This document shows, one piece after another, positions 1 to 7,110 of a stretch of 64,000 nt of DNA. The position numbers were made by a program, and so were the translations under genes. This DNA comes from a bacterium (lineage in GTDB: Bacteria; Bacteroidota; Bacteroidia; Bacteroidales; UBA3663). Below the pieces are notes generated by a model. The model ran no database searches and had not been told where the DNA came from. It saw only the letters and a program-made list of their open reading frames with translations. Each line of letters opens with the position of its first letter. The first letter of the stretch is position 1. The stretch lies in the NCBI GenBank assembly GCA_963631395.1, contig CAVGQN010000004.1, forward strand, positions 3,770 to 67,769. The letters are read 5' to 3'.

Positions 1-417
1 GCCCTTTCGGAAGTTGTTTTCGCAGTCTATTTCGCCCGGGTTGGCTATCTGCATCACGACGATGTCGCGGTTGCACTGCAGGTGGCAGATGCGGTGGGGG
101 AAGACCTTGACCTTGGCTTCGCCCTTGTTGCCGCCTTCTGCACTGCCTTTTGCCGCGCTGCCCTTGCTGCTGCCTTCTGCACTGCCCTTTGCCGCGCTGC
201 CCTTGTTGCTTCCTTTGGCTTCGCTTGCCTTGCCGCCTTCCGCGCTGCCCTTTGCCGCACTGCCTGCCTGCTGCTGCCGGCTTGGGGGAACCAGCTCGTC
301 GAAGGTGACGGAGCCGTCGCTCTCCAGGAGGGCGGCCAGGTGCTGTTGTCTTTGCTCCCAGTCGCAGGTGCAAAGTTCGTAGTGGAATCGGATGTAGTAG
401 GTAGCAAATCGTGCCAT
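1..417 (-). CDS. hypothetical protein, 5' part only (runs off the left edge), with a Lys/Gly/Ser/Ala-rich repeat linker
   Basis: ATG at 417-415 is followed by 139 sense codons open to position 1. It is absent from the ORF track because it is edge-truncated. The N-terminus MARFATYYIRFHYELCTCDWEQRQQHLAALLESDGSVTFDELV looks globular, followed by GSAAKGSAEG-type repeats. Listed ORFs 14-382, 54-407 and 82-441 are other frames of the same DNA repeat. Confidence 0.45.
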   Translation of the reverse strand, partial: MARFATYYIRFHYELCTCDWEQRQQHLAALLESDGSVTFDELVPPSRQQQAGSAAKGSAEGGKASEAKGSNKGSAAKGSAEGSSKGSAAKGSAEGGNKGEAKVKVFPHRICHLQCNRDIVVMQIANPGEIDCENNFRKG

Positions 418-549
418 GTTGCTCTCCAGTCAGTATTTTAGTGGGTCAATATCTGCGGTTTTTATGGGTGATGAGCCGCAAAGTTACTGCTTTTATTCGA
501 TACTCGCAAGAGAATGGCCCGGAAAAATTTGAACCGTTTTCAGATGTCA

Positions 550-587
550 TTGACTTTCACAATCATAAATTTGAACTCGACAGATGT
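550..587. repeat. 38-nt direct repeat, copy 1 (partner 1616-1653)
   Basis: TTGACTTTCACAATCATAAATTTGAACTCGACAGATGT versus TTGACTTCCACAATCATAAACTTGAACTCGATAAATGT (34/38 identical). Confidence 0.8.
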
Positions 588-916
588 CGGAAACCGCCCG
601 ACCTTAGGCTGAACGCTTGAAGTCGGGCGGCCAGGTGCTGTTGTGATGATGGTTGTCGAGTCAAGATTTTCCATTGGATTTATGCAATCCTTGAAACTTA
701 TTGAACAAAAACGCAATGTTTGCGACAAATATTTCATCATTTGTTCTTTATTCTCAAACAATAACCGTATATTTGTGGTCAAATAACAAAGGAAAAATGG
801 CAAATAAAGACCTCAATTGCATGGCGAGACTACGGCCCTGCACGGAGAGATAAAGGGGCTGGACGACTTCGAACTCATTACGTTTTTTAGTAATCAGAAA
901 TCAATCTATTTAGAGT

Positions 917-1543
917 ATGACAAAAAAAGAATCCCTTCAGTCGTTTGAAGAAAAAAAGATACGTTCCGTATGGGACGATAAAGAAGAGAAGTGGTATTTC
1001 TCCGTAGTCGACGTGATTGAGGCCCTAACCGATAGTGCTGACCCCAAGCAGTATCTAAAGAAGATGAAATCGAGAGACCCTGAGTTAGGCAACAACTGGG
1101 GTACAATTTGTACCCTGGTTCAGATGAATGGTGCCGACGGGAAAAAGCGACAATGTATGGCTGCTGACATGAAAGGCATCTTCCGTCTGATACAGTCCAT
1201 TCCCTCGCCCAAGGCAGAGCCATTCAAGCGGTGGATGGCACAAGTCGCAAGCGCTCGCGTGGAGCAAATGCAAGACCCGGAGCTCTCTATCGACCAAGCC
1301 ATTGTCGACTACAAACTTGTGGGCAACTACTCTCCCGACTGGGCTATCGCATTCCAGGAAGGGACGGTGAAGCATGTCTACTTCGTGGCAGAGACCAAAG
1401 GCTCTATGTCGAGCATGGACTTGCGCGACATGGAGAAAGGCAAGATAGCCTGCGCCGAAAAGCTGTTCGAGCAACTCTCCACTGCCAACATTAAGTATGG
1501 CAAGGTGGATAGCTTCGACACATTGATGGATTTAGTGAAATAA
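917..1543 (+). CDS. chimeric protein: truncated Bro-N (antirepressor-type) domain fused to a PD-(D/E)xK restriction-endonuclease (Res-type) C-terminal fragment
   Basis: 208-aa ORF. Residues about 10-125 carry the Bro-N family signature (IRSVWDDKEEKWYFSVVDVIEALT ... IQSIPSPKAEPFKRWMAQVASARVEQMQDPELSIDQAI). Residues about 135-208 (YSPDWAIAF...VYFVAETKGS...LRDMEKGKIACAEKLF) resemble the C-terminal nuclease region of type III/helicase-type Res subunits. Confidence 0.75.
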   Translation: MTKKESLQSFEEKKIRSVWDDKEEKWYFSVVDVIEALTDSADPKQYLKKMKSRDPELGNNWGTICTLVQMNGADGKKRQCMAADMKGIFRLIQSIPSPKAEPFKRWMAQVASARVEQMQDPELSIDQAIVDYKLVGNYSPDWAIAFQEGTVKHVYFVAETKGSMSSMDLRDMEKGKIACAEKLFEQLSTANIKYGKVDSFDTLMDLVK

Positions 1544-1615
1544 TATACATGGACCTATCACGCCACTTTTTATTGCTCTAAGGCAAAGCAAAAACTTTTC
1601 AAATCGACTCGCCCT

Positions 1616-1653
1616 TGACTTCCACAATCATAAACTTGAACTCGATAAATGTT
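1616..1653. repeat. 38-nt direct repeat, copy 2 (partner 550-587)
   Basis: See copy 1. Together they bracket the Bro-N chimera gene. Confidence 0.8.
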
Positions 1654-1655
1654 GA

Positions 1656-2717
1656 TTACGGTTCTGCGACGGGACGGACGGAGAAGCCCTTGTAACGGGA
1701 GAGATCGTACTGGTTGCACTCGCTACTGTCGAAGGTGAGGCTGTACGCGTAGCCGTATTTGGTACCGAGCGAACTGGACCAGTAGTGGCCGTACGAGCCG
1801 TTCTTGTAGAGGCCCCCATCGTCGCGGAAGCCCGAAGCAGGGAGAAAAATTGAATTGCCGTTCGAACCGGTAACTTTGTAACCGTTAACAGAAGAACCAG
1901 AAGAGGTGGACATGCTGGTCCAGGTCCAGGTGGCCCGGCTACGGAGTTCTGCGAACTCAGCCTTGGTTGGCATACGGCAAGAGTCGCCCCAGTTGACATA
2001 GGCGGCATCATCATTCTTATCCAAAACGGTCTTACTATCGGAGGATTTGTACTTATACAGGTTTGAATAGGATGCACCATATTTGTACGAACCCCAATTA
2101 TAATATTTTGTAGGTTTCGTTACGCCCCAAGCATAGTAATTGCCATCGTCAGCAGCAGTCGCTGCACCGATGTTGGTCTCTGCCCAAAGCAGACCGCTCG
2201 GCAAATTGAGGTCGATAAACTTGTGGCCGTTGATAATCTTATAATCCGGACGTGTCTTTGCCGAAACAACGTTGACATAGAATACAGCATTTGCCAACTT
2301 CACATAGGGTCTGAAATAGTAAGTGGTGCCGGAAATCAGGGATTCCAATGTAAACCTATAACTTCCCAAATCCCAACCCAAAAGAAGGCAGTCGTCTTCT
2401 ATCGTAGGAAATGCATTATCCTTTGAGTAGCACACACCCACTTCGGGAGTAACAGAAAGCTCCTTGACGTTTGATTCTGATGACAGCACCACAGTGCAAG
2501 TGACAGTAATAGAATTCGTTGTGGTACTCTCTTTGTAATTGCTTATTGTAAACAGTTTGTCGGCATCGATATTGAACGTGGCATAGTCTACTGATGAAAC
2601 CCAGATGGCATTTATCTTGCCATTATTGCCCACCACAAACATATTCTGTTGGGCATTGGCCAACTGCGTCGACATCAATATGCCGACCAGCGCCATGTAT
2701 AATTTTCTTATTTTCAT
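1656..2717 (-). CDS. secreted FISUMP/DUF1566-like domain protein (paralog 1)
   Basis: 353 aa with signal peptide MKIRKLYMALVGILMSTQLANAQ. The C-terminal half has NGHKFIDLNLPSGLLWAETNIG, YYAWG, WGDSCRMPTKAEFAEL and YWSSS motifs typical of the Fibrobacter-succinogenes-major-paralogous domain. Confidence 0.8.
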   Translation of the reverse strand: MKIRKLYMALVGILMSTQLANAQQNMFVVGNNGKINAIWVSSVDYATFNIDADKLFTISNYKESTTTNSITVTCTVVLSSESNVKELSVTPEVGVCYSKDNAFPTIEDDCLLLGWDLGSYRFTLESLISGTTYYFRPYVKLANAVFYVNVVSAKTRPDYKIINGHKFIDLNLPSGLLWAETNIGAATAADDGNYYAWGVTKPTKYYNWGSYKYGASYSNLYKYKSSDSKTVLDKNDDAAYVNWGDSCRMPTKAEFAELRSRATWTWTSMSTSSGSSVNGYKVTGSNGNSIFLPASGFRDDGGLYKNGSYGHYWSSSLGTKYGYAYSLTFDSSECNQYDLSRYKGFSVRPVAEP

Positions 2718-2806
2718 TGTATATTCCTATTTTTTTCAAAAAAATCGACGTGCCTTCGGTGCATAGTGAAAGAGCGCCTTCGGCGTAAGGTTTCAGAGAT
2801 GCGCAT

Positions 2807-3895
2807 TTAGCGCATCTTAGGGTCTGCGACGGGGCGGACGGTGAGACCAAAGTAACGGTAGTATTTGCTCCGGTAGTGTTTGCTACTGCTGAAGTAGAGG
2901 TAGCACGCGTGGTCGGAGAGGCTGGAATAGAGCGTGCTGGACCAGTAGTTGCCGTCAGAGCCGTGACCGTCGAAGCTCCCATAGTAGCGGCCGCCAGAGG
3001 CTGGAAGTAAGATGAAATTGCCATTCTTGACACTGGTGACTTTGTAACCATGGATGGAAGAACCGTCAGAGGTGGACATGCAGGTCCAGGTCCAGGTGCA
3101 GTTGTCCGAGTTACGGAGTTCTGCGAACTCAGCCTTGGTCGGCATACGGCAAGAGTCGCCCCAGTTGACGCAGGCGGCATCGTCTTCGGGATCAAGAGTG
3201 GTCTTCCCGTCTGAAGAATTGTATTTTGTCAAGTCGGATGAAGATGTGCCATGCTTGTAGGAAGACCAAGAGTAACTTTTTGAAGTCTGAGGTTCTGTCT
3301 CACCCCAAGCATAGTAATTGCCGTCATCAGCAGGTTTCTCTGCACCGATGTTTGTTTTAGCCCACAACAGTCCGCTTGGCAAGCCAAGGTCAACGAACTC
3401 GTGCCCATTGACATAAGTATAAGTCGGCTTCTTCTCAAAAGTTGTTTCACTTTTGACATCACCATAATACACGACACCATTCACCTTGACATACGCGCGA
3501 TAATAGTAGGTGGTACCGGCATCAAGACCGTCTAGATCGTCTATGCAGAAAGAATATCCCGACAACGACGAGCCTAACTCTATTTTGTCGTCAGCTATCG
3601 TTGGATGCTCATTCACGTCAGAGAAGCAGACGCCGACTTCGATGGGTTGCACAAATGATTTGTAATCATTTGACTTGAATGCCACTTTGAACGAGGCAGA
3701 GAACATTTCGTTTGTTATCTCAGTAGCGTCACCATAGGTAAAGACGAAGATGTCATTGTCGAACGTCACCTTATTGGCAGTGTATGCAGCCAAACCGCCC
3801 GACTTCAAGTAAACATAAAGCGTCTGCTGGGCTGCAGCAAACTGCACAGAGAAAAGCACAGTAAGCAGAATGGTGAGAATTTTCTTCATAGTCAT
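2807..3895 (-). CDS. secreted FISUMP/DUF1566-like domain protein (paralog 2)
   Basis: 362 aa with signal peptide MKKILTILLTVLFSVQFAAAQ and the same architecture and motifs as 1656-2717 (NGHEFVDLGLPSGLLWAKTNIG, YYAWG, WGDSCRMPTKAEFAEL, YWSST). Shares a 57-nt near-identical DNA block with paralog 1. Confidence 0.8.
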   Translation of the reverse strand: MTMKKILTILLTVLFSVQFAAAQQTLYVYLKSGGLAAYTANKVTFDNDIFVFTYGDATEITNEMFSASFKVAFKSNDYKSFVQPIEVGVCFSDVNEHPTIADDKIELGSSLSGYSFCIDDLDGLDAGTTYYYRAYVKVNGVVYYGDVKSETTFEKKPTYTYVNGHEFVDLGLPSGLLWAKTNIGAEKPADDGNYYAWGETEPQTSKSYSWSSYKHGTSSSDLTKYNSSDGKTTLDPEDDAACVNWGDSCRMPTKAEFAELRNSDNCTWTWTCMSTSDGSSIHGYKVTSVKNGNFILLPASGGRYYGSFDGHGSDGNYWSSTLYSSLSDHACYLYFSSSKHYRSKYYRYFGLTVRPVADPKMR

Positions 3896-3901
3896 TCCTC
3901 A

Positions 3902-4387
3902 TTATTCCTTCAACAGTTTGAAACTCACACCGCTGCCGGTGCTTACTACATATATTCCGGTTGGTGCACTGCCGAGGTCGACACTGGCGCAACCGGCATT
4001 GTCGGCTTTGGCTTCCCCGACCTTACTGGCGCCGACGGAGAACACGCAGACGTGCTCTGCCGCTTTCAGCCCGCTAACGGTGATTGCGCCATCCTTGTAG
4101 CTGAACACCGGACTGGCGGCTGACTCGGCATTGACTTCCCGGATGCCCGTCTCGAGGTTGTCCTCGAAATAGAACTTTTGCACTTCGTCGAAGGTGTAGC
4201 TGACGGCATCCGATGCAGTCGACGTAACCGTGATGCCGTCAGTCGCGATGGCTATCTCCGGCTTGGAGGCAAAAGTAAAGCTAACCTTTGTCTGATTCTT
4301 GAACAAGATGGTTAGGCCTGATGTTGTCTCTGCCATACAGACAGATGCAGCAGCCAAAAGGAATGTGAAAAGTAATGGCTTTCTCAT
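3902..4387 (-). CDS. small secreted protein with a T9SS-type C-terminal sorting tail
   Basis: 161 aa with signal peptide MRKPLLFTFLLAAASVCMA. The C-terminus ...DLGSAPTGIYVVSTGSGVSFKLLKE resembles Por/T9SS C-terminal domains. It lies 6 nt upstream of paralog 2 on the same strand, with a TAAATTTG -7 box upstream. Confidence 0.6.
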   Translation of the reverse strand: MRKPLLFTFLLAAASVCMAETTSGLTILFKNQTKVSFTFASKPEIAIATDGITVTSTASDAVSYTFDEVQKFYFEDNLETGIREVNAESAASPVFSYKDGAITVSGLKAAEHVCVFSVGASKVGEAKADNAGCASVDLGSAPTGIYVVSTGSGVSFKLLKE

Positions 4388-4415
4388 ACACTTTGCGGAT
4401 TAGATTATTTTGGCA

Positions 4416-4423
4416 CAAATTTA
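4416..4423 (-). promoter_or_regulatory. -7 promoter box for the T9SS-tail/FISUMP gene cluster
   Basis: Minus-strand TAAATTTG, 28 nt upstream of the start at 4387. Confidence 0.45.
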
Positions 4424-4803
4424 CAGATATTAACCATCGATAGCTCAAATATGTCACAATATTTTACTTTCTGGGGGGGGATTTCCGCATGTTTGTGCCC
4501 ATTTTGCAACCAACGAGCCTCTTTTCCTGAGCATTATTGGGCTGTTTCCCTTCGGAACAAAGGGCGACAACAACGTGCGCGGCCACATCGGTGCGGAGAT
4601 GAACAACAAGGCAGAGGCAGTGCTCCTTATCGACACGAATGCCTCCAATCCGGACATCAGCGAGGTAAAGCCGCTCTACAACCGAGGAAAATTTAGCTTA
4701 TTCATTGCCCGTTATTTTTCCCGTTGTTTTGCGCGAAGTGCCATTTTTACCCCATTTCGCGCAAAATAGTGGCGGATTATTTTGCGCGAAACGCTATTTT
4801 TAC

Positions 4804-4811
4804 TACCTTTG
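4804..4811 (+). promoter_or_regulatory. Bacteroidetes -7 promoter box (TAnnTTTG) for the AAA ATPase gene
   Basis: TACCTTTG, 15 nt upstream of ATG 4827. Preceded by TTTTGCGCGAA / TTCGCGCAAAA / TTTTGCGCGAA repeats at 4726-4791. Confidence 0.5.
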
Positions 4812-4826
4812 CAGCAAAATAAGCGA

Positions 4827-6272
4827 ATGAGTATGGCACAGAAAATCATCGGACGCGAAGCGGAAATCAAAGAGCTGCGCGCACTTTACGAAAGCAATAA
4901 GCCCGTGTTTGCCGTAGTCTATGGCAGGCGGCGTGTGGGCAAGACATTCCTGGTGCGCGAACTTTTCGAAGACAAGTTTGCATTCTACCACACAGGTCTG
5001 TCTCCGATAGAGATGTCCGGCGACAGACTTAAAGAACAGCAACTGAGCAATTTCCACTCCAGCCTCATACGCTACGGCAGCCAAAGTTCCGCCGTTCCGC
5101 AAGACTGGTTTGCCGCTTTCGACGCCCTCATCACACTGCTGGAAAGCAAAGGCAAAGACAAGCGGCAGGTGGTGTTCATCGACGAGCTGCCGTGGATGGA
5201 CACGTCACGCTCCGGCTTCATCACGGCCCTCGAACATTTCTGGAACGGCTGGGGAGCAGGACGCACCAACCTGATGCTCGTGGTGTGCGGCTCGGCCACA
5301 TCGTGGGTTTCCGACAAGCTGCTCAACAACAAAGGCGGCCTTTACGACCGCACGACGGACGAAATAAAGCTGCGCCCGTTCACACTTGGCGAATGCGCCA
5401 GGTACTACGAGAGCGAAGGCATCGTAATGTCGCAGTACGACCAGCTGCAATGCTACATGGCAACGGGCGGCATACCTTATTATATAAGCATGCTGCAAAA
5501 GGGGATGAGTCTGGCGCAGAACATCGACCGCATGTTCTTTGCTCCCAACGGCAAACTGGCGCAGGAATTCGAACGCCTCTATTCGTCACTCTTTACGAAT
5601 GCCGACGACTGCAAGAAGATTGTGCGCCTGCTGGCAAAGAGCCGCCAGGGTTACACGCGCAAGGATATCGTAGTCATGACCAAACTGCCCGACGGAGGCG
5701 GCATGAGCGCCACGCTGAAAGCCCTGGAGGTGAGCGACTTCATCACCTCGTACACGAAATACGGCTATCCGCGCCGCGAAACCTACTACAGGCTGACTGA
5801 TTTCTACAGTAAGTTCTACCTCTCCTTCATCGACGGCAGGCGCACGGCCAACGCGACTTTCTGGCAAGACAACATAGGCACGCCCGAACTTACGGCATGG
5901 CGGGGCTTCACGTTCGAAGCGCTCTGCTTCTACCATCTGCCGCAAATAAAGCAGGCGCTTGGCATCAGTGGCGTGCAGACCGAGGCAAGCCCGTGGAAAA
6001 GCCGCAAGGAGAAAGATGGAGCTCAGATTGACATGGTGATAGACCGCGCCGACCGAATCATCAACATCTGCGAAATGAAGTTCTCTGACGACGACTTCTG
6101 CATAAACGCCTCAACCGACAAGTCACTGCGCCATAAGCTCTCCACCTTTGCCGAGGAAACCCGAACAAAGTCTTCGCTGCACCTCACCCTCGTCACGACC
6201 TACGGACTGAAGCCCAACGAATACTCCAGCCGTGTGCAGAACGTCATCACCATGGCCGATTTGTTCAGATAA
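4827..6272 (+). CDS. AAA+ ATP-binding protein (archaeal-ATPase-type domain plus DUF234)
   Basis: IGREAEIKELRALYESNKPVFAVVYGRRRVGKTFLVRELF (Walker A), VVFIDELPWM (Walker B) and a C-terminal DUF234-like region. The start is moved to the ATG at 4827 (MSMAQKIIGRE), 15 nt after a TACCTTTG box. Confidence 0.85.
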   Translation: MSMAQKIIGREAEIKELRALYESNKPVFAVVYGRRRVGKTFLVRELFEDKFAFYHTGLSPIEMSGDRLKEQQLSNFHSSLIRYGSQSSAVPQDWFAAFDALITLLESKGKDKRQVVFIDELPWMDTSRSGFITALEHFWNGWGAGRTNLMLVVCGSATSWVSDKLLNNKGGLYDRTTDEIKLRPFTLGECARYYESEGIVMSQYDQLQCYMATGGIPYYISMLQKGMSLAQNIDRMFFAPNGKLAQEFERLYSSLFTNADDCKKIVRLLAKSRQGYTRKDIVVMTKLPDGGGMSATLKALEVSDFITSYTKYGYPRRETYYRLTDFYSKFYLSFIDGRRTANATFWQDNIGTPELTAWRGFTFEALCFYHLPQIKQALGISGVQTEASPWKSRKEKDGAQIDMVIDRADRIINICEMKFSDDDFCINASTDKSLRHKLSTFAEETRTKSSLHLTLVTTYGLKPNEYSSRVQNVITMADLFR

Positions 6273-6444
6273 GGCAATTTCTTAGCCCAAAACTTTGCCC
6301 GAGACTTTGCCCGAGACTTTGCCCGAGACTTTGCCCGAGACTTTGCCCGAAAAAAGTCTTGTCGTTATCGGAAATCTTCTTCTTGCCATTAACGACGTAA
6401 CCGCCGATTGGGCGGTAAAAGTGCTGGAGATATCCGTATTTTGA
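6265..6444 (-). pseudogene. decayed fragment of a T9SS C-terminal tail / downstream-gene junction (paralogous to 11095-11230)
   Basis: No start codon. The open frame reads SKYGYLQHFYRPIGGYVVNGKKKISDNDKTFFGQSLGQSLGQSLGQSLGQSFGLRNCLI*. Compare the intact junction ...GIYIVNGKKKVIR* / MERRKLSDNNKTFLGQSLEQSFGKSF at 11167-11192. By-eye alignment gives roughly 85% DNA identity over about 95 nt. Confidence 0.5.
6292..6351. repeat. 12-bp tandem repeat, about 5 copies
   Basis: ACTTTGCCCGAG x4 plus a partial fifth copy. Encodes GQSL repeats in the decayed minus-strand frame. Confidence 0.9.
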
Positions 6445-6494
6445 TTATTATTCATAGCAAAATGACGGTGTGCATATTCGGTTTACAAGAAATT

Positions 6495-6514
6495 AATTGG
6501 CAAATTTGCCAATT
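6495..6514. promoter_or_regulatory. perfect 20-bp palindrome, candidate operator of the XRE-HNH operon
   Basis: AATTGGCAAATTTGCCAATT ends 15 nt upstream of the TACCTTTG box at 6530-6537. Confidence 0.5.
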
Positions 6515-6529
6515 TAAAAAATAAAGCTC

Positions 6530-6537
6530 TACCTTTG
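6530..6537 (+). promoter_or_regulatory. -7 promoter box for the XRE-HNH operon
   Basis: TACCTTTG, 80 nt upstream of ATG 6618. Confidence 0.5.
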
Positions 6538-6617
6538 TGCCAGATTCCAATATGTGGCGACAACACATTAAATACGGCTGGGATTATTAATGTTTTTAAT
6601 AATTAAAGAACACAATT

Positions 6618-7106
6618 ATGGAACCCAAAACAAAAGTAAGGTGGGTGGATGACAAGCGTCTCTATGTGGATACTCCGCAGGGAGACGAATTTATCATCGG
6701 CTTCCCAGACTCAATCCCCTTTAAGTGTCAGCAACAGGCACCGTGGTTTGAGGTAGACAAAATCGTTGCGACCCTATTTGACCAATACTACAAAGGGGAT
6801 GCAAGTGTTATTATGGGAGAAATCAGCAGACAGCTGTTGATTCAACGTGTCGGGTCAATCTTCTCTTATCATGCCTACGACAAAGAGTCGGTTTCGAAGG
6901 AACGTGTCCGCCTTGGGCAACGTATCCGTCAACTCCGTGAGTCTAAAGGCATGGATGCGAAGCATCTTGCATTTTATGCAGGTATAGATGCCGCCAATCT
7001 TTGCCGCATCGAGGCTGGCAAGTATTCTGTCGGATTTGACATACTTACCAAGATCGGCTATGCATTGGGTATGGAACTGGATTTTGTCGAACCTCAACAA
7101 CATTGA
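6618..7106 (+). CDS. XRE-family helix-turn-helix protein with an unknown N-terminal domain of about 100 aa
   Basis: 162 aa. The C-terminus LGQRIRQLRESKGMDAKHLAFYAGIDAANLCRIEAGKYSVGFDILTKIGYALGMELDF is a classic HTH_3/XRE motif. The N-terminal part is not recognised. Confidence 0.8.
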   Translation: MEPKTKVRWVDDKRLYVDTPQGDEFIIGFPDSIPFKCQQQAPWFEVDKIVATLFDQYYKGDASVIMGEISRQLLIQRVGSIFSYHAYDKESVSKERVRLGQRIRQLRESKGMDAKHLAFYAGIDAANLCRIEAGKYSVGFDILTKIGYALGMELDFVEPQQH

Positions 7107-7110
7107 TGCC

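Noticed and set aside
550-587. tRNA 3'-end-like att site in the 38-nt direct repeat (it contains GAGTTCAAAT on the minus strand, reminiscent of a T-loop)
   Set aside because: The flanking bases do not form a T-stem (TCGAG versus TTATG), and there is no acceptor stem or CCA context. No tRNA gene is detectable anywhere in the window.
1656-3895. Diversity-generating retroelement (DGR) target/template pair, considered because DUF1566/FISUMP-type domains can be DGR targets and the two genes share a near-identical block
   Set aside because: The window contains no reverse transcriptase. The shared block is only 57 nt. Differences between the paralogs elsewhere are not restricted to adenine positions.
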